From: Pyrodictium abyssi
GTDB taxonomy: Archaea > Thermoproteota > Thermoprotei_A > Sulfolobales > Pyrodictiaceae
Assembly: GCF_036323395.1 (NCBI RefSeq)
Contig: NZ_AP028907.1
Coordinates: forward strand, 1,680,001 to 1,712,000
Direction of reading: 5' to 3'
Length of the DNA: 32,000 nucleotides
Position numbers and translations under genes: made by a program. This document shows, piece by piece, positions 23,358 through 30,751 of the stretch. Every line of letters begins with the position of its first letter. The stretch's first letter is position 1. A model generated the notes under the pieces. That model searched no databases. It saw nothing but the letters and a program-made list of their open reading frames with translations, and was not told the DNA's origin.

Positions 23358-23995
23358 CTCTCCGTCTCTACCGCGAGCTCGTCGAGACGCTGCTGCCCAG
23401 ACTCCGGGGCGTGAGGGACGAGACTAGGAGGTTTCTCCTACTCCTAGCATGGCTCAATACCAGGCTCGAGGAGCTGGGTCTGGGCCGTGTTATCGTCACG
23501 GGCGGGTTCGCCGTGGAGGTCTACACGGGTAGGGTCTACCGTACAATGGATGTGGATGTCATCGTGGAGGGGCGTGGGGCGCTTAGGGTTATCGAGAAGC
23601 TGCTAAGCATGGTCTCGGAGCCGATTGGGCGGGGCTACCTGCCGCGCGAGGAGGCCCTCTCCCTCAAGTCCATAGACATTGTCTCGACTCTCTACGACCG
23701 CGGGGCAGCCCCCGTCAAGATTCTCGTGGACGGCTACTACGTGTATGTGGAGCCCCCGGAGGAGCTTGTTGTACGCTACCTCGCGGGCTGGAAGTTCTGG
23801 GGGTCGAGAGAGGACCGGGACAAGGCCCTCTGGGTCTACACGGTATGGCGCGACCGCCTGGACCAGGAGTACCTGCGGAGGCGGGCAAGGGAGGAGGGGG
23901 TTGAGGACAAGCTTAGGGAGCTGGCATCATTCGTAGAAAGCAGTGCATCCGCCACGGCCCCGTCGCGTGAACGCGGCACAGCGCGGGAGGAGTAG
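23312..23995 (+). CDS. Pol-beta-superfamily nucleotidyltransferase-fold protein (AbiEii/DUF1814-like pattern)
   Basis: 227 aa. VIVTGGFAVEVYTGRVYRTMDVDVIV fits the GG...R-x-T-x-D-x-D nucleotidyltransferase motif seen in AbiEii-type toxins. Start uncertain (GTG 23312 or TTG 23324). Confidence 0.65.
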   Translation: MGEGLGEEGSEAEAVALRLYRELVETLLPRLRGVRDETRRFLLLLAWLNTRLEELGLGRVIVTGGFAVEVYTGRVYRTMDVDVIVEGRGALRVIEKLLSMVSEPIGRGYLPREEALSLKSIDIVSTLYDRGAAPVKILVDGYYVYVEPPEELVVRYLAGWKFWGSREDRDKALWVYTVWRDRLDQEYLRRRAREEGVEDKLRELASFVESSASATAPSRERGTAREE

Positions 23996-24061
23996 GCTCC
24001 TCCTGCCGCGGGGCGCTTTAGCCGAGATAGTACTCATACACGTGTATAGAGATTGCCTGGC

Positions 24062-24685
24062 CTAGCGCTGGGCTAGTCTTCGGGCGTGCCGCTTCAGCGT
24101 CTCTAGGGCCTCGCGTAGGGTCTCCAGGCTAGGGGCCAGGGACACGTGGAGTGCGCGGCGGCGGTCGTCCAGGGTTACGCGGCGGAGGTCCACGCCGCGG
24201 GCTAGTAGCTCGTGGGCCAGCCTCTCGGCCTTCGATAGGGCCTCCTCGCCGCTGTAGAGCGCTGCGTAGGCGCGGCCCGCTATCACCACCTGCCTCTCGC
24301 GCAGCCGGGCCCGGGCCTCGGCAGTGTCGCGCTCTACTAGCCGGCGGACAGCGCGGTCCCCTGGGTCGTAGATGTGGGCCTCGCCGGGGAGCGGTGCTGT
24401 GAGCCTCAGGGTGACCTCTAGGCGGTCTCGGCGCCGCTGGAGCAGTATGACCGGTAGGTAGAACAGTATGTGGCCGGGCGGCATCGTGTAGAGTATCCAT
24501 GCACGGGTCGCCCAGGGCTGGTCCAGCTTGTACACGGCGCGGAAGCCTACCAGGTAGCCGAGGAGCGTGTACTCCTTGTCGCGGGGCCTAAGCGTGTCCT
24601 CGAGTAGGCCTACCACAGCCCTCATACGCATTATCATCGTGCGGCGTATCTGGAAGAACCAGACCACCGAGGCCATAGAGGCCAC
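24062..24685 (-). CDS. Hypothetical protein
   Basis: 207 aa with a GTG start. The C-terminal half is Arg/Ala/Leu-rich and helical. No family recognised. The frame stays open upstream to 24784 and encodes a hydrophobic stretch without a canonical start codon. Confidence 0.55.
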   Translation of the reverse strand: MASMASVVWFFQIRRTMIMRMRAVVGLLEDTLRPRDKEYTLLGYLVGFRAVYKLDQPWATRAWILYTMPPGHILFYLPVILLQRRRDRLEVTLRLTAPLPGEAHIYDPGDRAVRRLVERDTAEARARLRERQVVIAGRAYAALYSGEEALSKAERLAHELLARGVDLRRVTLDDRRRALHVSLAPSLETLREALETLKRHARRLAQR

Positions 24686-24906
24686 GAGCAGTGCGTAGAA
24701 CGCTAGGCCCAGCAGCCCTTCTAGGGCCAGCGCGCCTCCCCTCCACCGGCCGTCATGCCCACGTGTCTCCCCGCTGTGAACCCGTCAACAAGGCCCCGTG
24801 GTCTCGGGCCACGTCCCGGGTTTTAAGCCGTGGGGCCTGGTGCCACGGGGGCGCCAGGCTTACCGCTCTACCCGGGGCTGTAAGTGAGACAGTGGCGCTG
24901 AGAGCC

Positions 24907-25566
24907 ATGGCCAGGGTAGAGGACTTCGCAAAGGCTTGGAGCCCTCAGCCCAGGGGCCCCAACGTAATCGAGAAGATACGCAACACGATAAACCCTCCAC
25001 CGCCACTACGCCACAAGCTCGCTATGGCGCTTTACAAGCTGCGCGTCCAGAACAACAAGCTAGAGTACATAATAGCTAAGATGAAGGAGCGCGACCAGGC
25101 GCTCTTCGAGAAGGTCGTGCAGGCGCAGATGGAGAAGGACACCACTAGGGCCGCTATGTACGCCGCTGAGGTGGCTGAGCTAAGGAAGATGATAAAGAGC
25201 CTACTGACAGCCAAGTACGCGATAGAGAGGGTAGCGCTACGCCTAGAGACCGTGATGACCATGGGCGACGTGCTGGTAGGCCTAGCCCCCGTGGTAGGCG
25301 TGATCAAGGACCTACGCCGCTACCTAACCGGCCTAGTACCCGAGATAGGCATAGAGATGGCCGAGATAGGCGAGATGCTAGAAGCCGTGGTGACAGAGGC
25401 CGGCGAGTTCACAACGTTCATGAGCGCCCCGACAGTCTACAACGAGGAGGCCAGGAAGATAATGGAGGAGGCCGCCGCAGTCGCAGAGCAGCGCATGAAG
25501 GCCGAGTTCCCAGAGCTACCAAGCGCCTTCCCGAGCCCCACAGCCGGCCAGCAGGAGAACAAGTAA
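24907..25566 (+). CDS. ESCRT-III / Snf7 family protein (CdvB paralogue)
   Basis: The track ORF starts at 24691, but the family-like sequence begins at ATG 24907: MARVEDFAKAW...LRHKLAMALYKLRVQNNKLEYIIAKMKERDQALFEKVVQAQMEKDTTRAAMYAAEVAELRKM... This is the helical-hairpin core typical of crenarchaeal CdvB-type ESCRT-III, with an acidic/Pro-rich tail. Confidence 0.85.
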   Translation: MARVEDFAKAWSPQPRGPNVIEKIRNTINPPPPLRHKLAMALYKLRVQNNKLEYIIAKMKERDQALFEKVVQAQMEKDTTRAAMYAAEVAELRKMIKSLLTAKYAIERVALRLETVMTMGDVLVGLAPVVGVIKDLRRYLTGLVPEIGIEMAEIGEMLEAVVTEAGEFTTFMSAPTVYNEEARKIMEEAAAVAEQRMKAEFPELPSAFPSPTAGQQENK

Positions 25567-25587
25567 CACCACACCCTATCTTTCTCC

Positions 25588-25624
25588 GTGGGCCCTGGGC
25601 TCGGACGCGCTGGGCCCACTTTTT
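25588..25624 (+). terminator. Stem-loop plus T5 tract after the ESCRT-III gene
   Basis: GTGGGCCC (25588-25595) and GGGCCCAC (25612-25619) form a perfect 8-bp stem, immediately followed by TTTTT (25620-24). It begins 22 nt after the stop codon. Confidence 0.55.
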
Positions 25625-25715
25625 GCAGCCACCATAGAGGCCTCTCGCCTCCTGCTTCTCGTGCCGTATTGCACGTGGCTCTTGTCCTCTTAGGGCTAAG
25701 ACCCTGCCCTTGTGC

Positions 25716-26705
25716 CTAGGACTCGCTGCAGCCGTGGCGCACCTTTACGATGTACCCGCCTAGCTGCTTTACGTCCTCGAAGCTGCTGGGCGGGCGCCCC
25801 ATATGGGCTATGACTGAGAGGCTGGGCGGCGGGCTGAGCTTGCACCGGGTTTCCTCTAGCCTCGCTAGGCTCTGCTTCTCTATCCCGGTGAGGCCCAGGG
25901 CTTCCGCGCGCTCGCCGAGCACCCTGTTAGCTACTATCATCTTCAGCGCTATCTCGTGGCCGCGTAGCCTCTCCGCTATTACTCCGACCTCGTAGACGGG
26001 TAGCGGCTCCGGGGTAGCCACGGCTACGACACTGGTCCGCCTGGGGTCGGCTATCTCGGCCTGGAGCCTGCTGTAGCGGTCCCGTAGCTCGCCGAGCTTG
26101 CGGAGCACGGGGTCGTCGGCCTCGGGGCGGCGGCCGAGCGCGTTAGCGATGGCGTACTTGACTGCGACTATCCTCTCGCGTAGCTCCCGGAGCCTCTCCA
26201 CCCAGAAGAGGTGGAGCCTGGGCAGCGAGACCACGCGCAGCGCTATACCCGTAGGCGGCATGTCCACTACCACGACGTCTACGTCGCGGCGCTCGTAGAG
26301 CCCCGAGAGTATCCGGAGGAACACCTCCTCCTCGAAGCCCGGCGCCTCGCGTATAACCTCGACCGCTTTCTCGAGGCTGAGCGCTTGTAGTCCCGGCATG
26401 AGCCGGCGCAGTAGGAGCGAGTACTCCTCGGCAACCCGGCGGGCTAGGCCCTCCACCTCGTACTGCACCGCCCTTATCCCGGGCGCTGCCTCGACCTCCC
26501 GTAGCGGCCCGGGGAGCCCGAGGTACTCTAGCAGGTGGCCAGCAGGGTCCAGGCTCGCGACCAGGACACGGAGGCCCTCGCTGGCAAGCTCGTAGGCGAG
26601 GCGGAGGCCCACCGTGGTCTTCCCGACACCGCCCTTACCCATCACCATCACTACGTGGGGGCGCCGCCACGAGCCCGTATCTAGGCCGTCTATGAGCCTC
26701 GGCAA
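25716..26705 (-). CDS. ArsA/GET3-family P-loop ATPase
   Basis: 329 aa with a TTG start. The deviant Walker A VMGKGGVGKTTV followed by LVASLDPAGHLLEYLG (DPAH-type switch) is the ArsA-family signature. Confidence 0.85.
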   Translation of the reverse strand: MPRLIDGLDTGSWRRPHVVMVMGKGGVGKTTVGLRLAYELASEGLRVLVASLDPAGHLLEYLGLPGPLREVEAAPGIRAVQYEVEGLARRVAEEYSLLLRRLMPGLQALSLEKAVEVIREAPGFEEEVFLRILSGLYERRDVDVVVVDMPPTGIALRVVSLPRLHLFWVERLRELRERIVAVKYAIANALGRRPEADDPVLRKLGELRDRYSRLQAEIADPRRTSVVAVATPEPLPVYEVGVIAERLRGHEIALKMIVANRVLGERAEALGLTGIEKQSLARLEETRCKLSPPPSLSVIAHMGRPPSSFEDVKQLGGYIVKVRHGCSES

Positions 26706-26711
26706 CGCTCT

Positions 26712-27005
26712 CTACCACTCCCCGCCCATCCTGCTGAAGAGGTCTGCTATCACGTCCGAACCGCGCCAGGTCCTCTCGAAGAGTATCCGTGCCTCGTCCT
26801 CGAGCAGGGGTGCGAGATCCGCTGCCACGCCCAGGGGCGCGAGGGGTAGGCCGACGAGCCCGCCGAGCACTAGGCTGAGGAAGGCGTGCTCTAGCTCGAT
26901 GAGCTCCAGCTCTAGGGCCTCAACGCTCTGCTGTATCAGCGCCCCGTGCATCCCAGCCAGGAACGCCCTGGCCTCGTCTAGTAGCCGGCGGAGGGGATGC
27001 AGCAT
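26712..27005 (-). CDS. Small hypothetical protein co-oriented with the ArsA-like ATPase
   Basis: 97 aa with an ATG start, Leu/Glu/Ala-rich and helical. Its stop lies 6 nt upstream of the ATPase start. The antisense 208-aa ORF (26614..27240) is Ser/Arg/Pro-rich and is rejected. Confidence 0.5.
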   Translation of the reverse strand: MLHPLRRLLDEARAFLAGMHGALIQQSVEALELELIELEHAFLSLVLGGLVGLPLAPLGVAADLAPLLEDEARILFERTWRGSDVIADLFSRMGGEW

Positions 27006-27150
27006 AGCCCGTACAGCCCCGTCTAGATCTCGGCGTCCCTTTGCCCGAGAGGAGCTGGTGTTCGGGCGAGGGAAAAACAGTGGGAGGGGTAGAAGAGGGG
27101 AGCGGCTGGCCGGACTGGCTGCTGTTTACTCCGCGCTGGGTCCCCGGGCG

Positions 27151-28950
27151 TTAGCGTGCTACTGTCTTCGCTGCCTCAGCCTCCTTGGCCTTCTTTATGC
27201 CGGTCACGTAGAGGTATATCAGCAGGAAGTCGACCGCTAGGGACACTAGTACTATCGAGCCAGCGCCTATCTTCTGTATGGTCGGGTAGGTCGGCAGCAC
27301 CTTCACGGTCCACCAGATGAGGCCAACAGTCACTGTTATCCATAGGAACCACGCTGGTATCTGTATTAGCAGGCTAGTGGTGCCGCGTACTCTCAGCACC
27401 GCGTATACCCATAGCGCGCTAGTTAGCAGCGCTAGCGCTGCTAGCAGCTGGTTAGTGCCAGCGAAGGCCGGCCACACGATGTTGAAGGCGGCGACAGACT
27501 TGCCGTTTATCACTACGTTGGGGTAGCCTAGGGCTAAGCCTAGCAGCACCGCTATACCGCCGGCTACGAACCTGTTGGCTACCAGCCTGTAGGCGGATGG
27601 GTTCCTATCTGCGAGCCAGTCGAACATCTCCTGCCACGCGAACCTGGCCAGCCTGGTCGCGGAGTCTAGCGTCGTCAGCACGAAGGTAGCGAGTGCTATG
27701 CCGGCGAACTTGGCCATGAACACTGCTACTGCCTCGCTGCCACCGAGCGCCTGGCCCACGGTGAAGCCGTAGCCTAGTGTGAAGCGCTGTATCTTGTTGA
27801 GCGCTAGTATGCCCTTCTCCTGGTACGCCGCCACAACCTCGGGGCTCATGCCCATGGCGTTCAGGAAGCCCGTGAACTCGGGGTGCTGCCAGGCGTAGGC
27901 TATCGGTATTATCACCGCTAGGCTGGCGACTGCGCCCTCGGTTAGCATGCCGCCGTAGCCTATCAGTAGGGCGTCTAGCTCGTTGGCTAGCTGCTTGCTA
28001 GTGGTGCCGCTCGCCACTACGCTGTGGAAGCCGCTGAGAGAGCCGCAGGCTATTATGAGGGGTATTGCTGGCCAGAAGGGCGTCTCTACGCCGCCTAGTA
28101 TCTTCGGGGCGAAGCTGGTGTATGCTGGCCCGGTTAGGCCCTCGCCTGCTATGCCGAGCGAGCCTATGATGGCTAGGGCTACGAAGCCCCATAGCAGGTA
28201 CGCGTTGAGGTAGTCGCGTGGCTGTAGCAGGTACCATACCGGGAGGATGCTGGCTATGAAGCTGTAGAGTGCTAGCAGTAGCATCCACGTGTGGTAGGCG
28301 TCGCCGGGTAGTAGGAACGGGTACTTGACTGCGAACGCTATGCCCGCTAGCAGCAGCACTATGGCTGTCAGGGTGCTGGCTGCTGGGCCTAGCCTGGTAC
28401 GGTATAGTAGGAAGCCTAGCAGCACGGCTATGGGCATGTAGATCATCGCCTTGGAGGCTGCTGAGGGCTGTACGGCGAACAGCTTGGCGTTGACGCTGAA
28501 GAAGGCTGCTAGTACTAGTATCAGCGCCGAGTAGACGTATAGCAGGAATATGTACTTCGCCTTACGGCCCATCACGTTCTCTGAGACGGTCATTATCGAG
28601 ACTCCGCCGTGCCTTACGCTCGCCATTAGCGCGAGGTAGTCGTGCACAGCGCCTATGAACACGTTGCCGAATATCACCCATAGTATGGGTAGTGCCCAGC
28701 CATACGCCATCGCTATAGCTGGGCCGACTATGGGCCCTGCGCCAGCGATGCTGGCGAAGTGGTGGCCGTAGAGCACGTACTTGTTGGCGGGCACGTAGTC
28801 TACGCCGTCGAACCTAGTGTGTGCTGGCGTCTTGCGCTCGGCGGAGGCCTGTACGACCCTCTTCTCGAGTATGTGGCGGCCGTAGAACACGTAGGCGGCC
28901 GCGTAGACCACGAGGATGGCTAGTGCGACTAGGCCCGCGGGGACCGCCAC
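27151..28950 (-). CDS. cstA: Carbon starvation protein A (CstA family peptide/pyruvate transporter)
   Basis: 599-aa polytopic ORF. YVLYGHHFASIAGAGPIVGPAIAMAYGWALPILWVIFGNVFIGAVHDY is the conserved CstA N-terminal signature. The GTG start is preceded by AGGAGGTGA. Confidence 0.9.
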   Translation of the reverse strand: MAVPAGLVALAILVVYAAAYVFYGRHILEKRVVQASAERKTPAHTRFDGVDYVPANKYVLYGHHFASIAGAGPIVGPAIAMAYGWALPILWVIFGNVFIGAVHDYLALMASVRHGGVSIMTVSENVMGRKAKYIFLLYVYSALILVLAAFFSVNAKLFAVQPSAASKAMIYMPIAVLLGFLLYRTRLGPAASTLTAIVLLLAGIAFAVKYPFLLPGDAYHTWMLLLALYSFIASILPVWYLLQPRDYLNAYLLWGFVALAIIGSLGIAGEGLTGPAYTSFAPKILGGVETPFWPAIPLIIACGSLSGFHSVVASGTTSKQLANELDALLIGYGGMLTEGAVASLAVIIPIAYAWQHPEFTGFLNAMGMSPEVVAAYQEKGILALNKIQRFTLGYGFTVGQALGGSEAVAVFMAKFAGIALATFVLTTLDSATRLARFAWQEMFDWLADRNPSAYRLVANRFVAGGIAVLLGLALGYPNVVINGKSVAAFNIVWPAFAGTNQLLAALALLTSALWVYAVLRVRGTTSLLIQIPAWFLWITVTVGLIWWTVKVLPTYPTIQKIGAGSIVLVSLAVDFLLIYLYVTGIKKAKEAEAAKTVAR

Positions 28951-28956
28951 GGCTTC

Positions 28957-29190
28957 TCACCTCCTGCTTGCGGCCGGCTTGACTGTGACCGGGGTTTCGC
29001 CGAAGGCGATAGCCGGGCCTATGAGGAGGAGGAACCAGCCTACGAGGATCGCTATAGCGTCGGGGGTCCATGCCTCCTTGGAGCCTATGTGTCCCTTTCC
29101 TAGCGCGGCTACCACAGCGTAGATGAAGAGCAGTACGCCGATTGCTGTTAGGGCGAGCCCTAGCGCGCGGTTCGCCAAGGTATATAACAC
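28957..29190 (-). CDS. Small two-TM membrane protein upstream of cstA
   Basis: 77 aa with a GTG start and two hydrophobic helices. Its last codons contain the GGAGGTGA Shine-Dalgarno-like element for cstA, whose start lies 6 nt after its stop. Confidence 0.5.
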   Translation of the reverse strand: MLYTLANRALGLALTAIGVLLFIYAVVAALGKGHIGSKEAWTPDAIAILVGWFLLLIGPAIAFGETPVTVKPAASRR

Positions 29191-29407
29191 CCCGTAGACC
29201 TCATATATCCTTCAATTCTCCGGGGCCCCGGTGGGGGAGTAAGACCACCCACGTAAGTTAAAAGCGTTTCTTATCACAATAATCATCTGTATGCAACTGT
29301 ACAGCCCGGGCACCATATAGCATATTGGGGACCGGTGTCACCCATCTTAACCCCCTACACGGGCTACACTAGCAGGCCCCAAGGAGCAGAGCGGGGATTG
29401 ACAAAAG

Positions 29408-30628
29408 GTGGGCCAGAACAGTTACGTCGTTAGGCTCCTCCAGCGCCTAGTAGCCATACCGACAGTCAACCCGCCGGGTGAGCACTACGCCGAGATAGCT
29501 GAGCTGCTCCGCGATGAGCTGGAGGCTCTGGGCCTCGAGACCCGCGTCATAAGGGTGCCCGACGAGGTAGTCGAGAAGTACTACCCGTGGGCCCGGGGCT
29601 ACCCCCGCTACATAGTAGTCGCGCGCCTGGGCGAGGAGCGGCCAGTACTCCACTTCAACGGCCACTACGACGTGGTGCCGCCGGGGCAGGGGTGGAGCCG
29701 GGACCCCTTCGACCCAGTAGTCGAAGACGGCAAGCTGTACGGGCGCGGAGCCTCGGACATGAAGGGCGGGATAGCCGCTGTGATAGCGGCCGTCCGGAGC
29801 CTCGTGGAGGAGGGCTGGCGGCCCCGCCAGGGCAGCCTAGAGCTGAGCTTCACCCCCGACGAGGAGACGGGGGGCGAGACCGGCGTAGCCTACATGCTTG
29901 AGGAGGGCATAGCGCTCCCGGACTACGCTGTGGTAGCCGAGCCCAGCACGACTAGCAAGATATGGATTGGCAGCCGGGGCGCCGTGTGGATGAACGTCCA
30001 CGTCTACGGCCGGCAGGCCCACGGCTCAGCGCCCTGGCTCGGCCTCAACGCCTTCGAGGCAATGGTTGAGATAGCGCACCGGCTCATACACGGCTACAAG
30101 CCGAGGCTAGCCGAGCGGAGAACAGACCTGCCCATGGACGACCCCCGGGCGGTGAGCCCCACAGTCACCATAGGCGGCGAGGTAGAGGGGGGCGCCAAGA
30201 CCAACGTGGTGCCGGGCTACTACCGGTTCAGTATAGACCGCCGGCTCATACCCGGAGAGGACCCGGACCAGGTCGAGGAAGAGCTACGTAGCTTCATAAT
30301 GGAGGTGGCAAAGGACCTCCAGGAGAGAGGCTACCGTGTAGAAGTGGAGACAACAGGGAAGGCGCCCGCCACCTGGATCCCGCCAGACCACCCCTTCGTC
30401 GACACCGTGGCCGAGGCTGCTCGCGAAGCCACCGGGGTGGATCCCGCCAGGACCATCTGTGTCGGCGGCCTCGACACCAGGTACTTCCAGCAGCGCGGCA
30501 TCCCAGCAGTCACATACGGGCCCGGCGCGCTCGAAGCCGCCCATATGCCGGACGAGTACATCCCCATAGACGAGCTGGAGAGGGCTGTAAAGGCCTACAG
30601 GATACTGGTACGCAGAGTGCTAGGCTAG
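29408..30628 (+). CDS. M20 family metallopeptidase (ArgE/DapE/CPG2-like)
   Basis: 406 aa with a GTG start. Metal and catalytic motifs are in order: HFNGHYDVVP (HxD), GRGASDMKGG, TPDEETGG (EE), and a C-terminal HMPDEYI. Confidence 0.9.
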   Translation: MGQNSYVVRLLQRLVAIPTVNPPGEHYAEIAELLRDELEALGLETRVIRVPDEVVEKYYPWARGYPRYIVVARLGEERPVLHFNGHYDVVPPGQGWSRDPFDPVVEDGKLYGRGASDMKGGIAAVIAAVRSLVEEGWRPRQGSLELSFTPDEETGGETGVAYMLEEGIALPDYAVVAEPSTTSKIWIGSRGAVWMNVHVYGRQAHGSAPWLGLNAFEAMVEIAHRLIHGYKPRLAERRTDLPMDDPRAVSPTVTIGGEVEGGAKTNVVPGYYRFSIDRRLIPGEDPDQVEEELRSFIMEVAKDLQERGYRVEVETTGKAPATWIPPDHPFVDTVAEAAREATGVDPARTICVGGLDTRYFQQRGIPAVTYGPGALEAAHMPDEYIPIDELERAVKAYRILVRRVLG

Positions 30629-30751
30629 GGTCTAGAAGAGGTAGACCAGCCCTATAGCCGTCGAGTACGGTGGCCTCAGGAAGCGGACGGGTTAGCGGCG
30701 AAAAAGGATGGGCTCAGGCAGCCCCTACGTGTGGGGCTCTTCACGGCCTCG

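Noticed and set aside
24036-24047. 12-bp palindrome ATACACGTGTAT between the convergent genes ending at 23995 and 24062
   Set aside because: It is short and lies in a tail-to-tail spacer. It is most simply a small 3' hairpin or a chance palindrome, with no further support.
24691-24906. 72-aa N-terminal extension of the ESCRT-III ORF in the track
   Set aside because: The extension is Arg/Pro/Ala-rich and lies in the divergent promoter region. Snf7-family similarity starts at ATG 24907.
26614-27240. 208-aa plus-strand ORF antisense to the 97-aa gene and the cstA 3' end
   Set aside because: It is Ser/Arg/Pro-rich and low-complexity, and it overlaps three better-supported features. The minus-strand 97-aa frame has normal composition and operon spacing.
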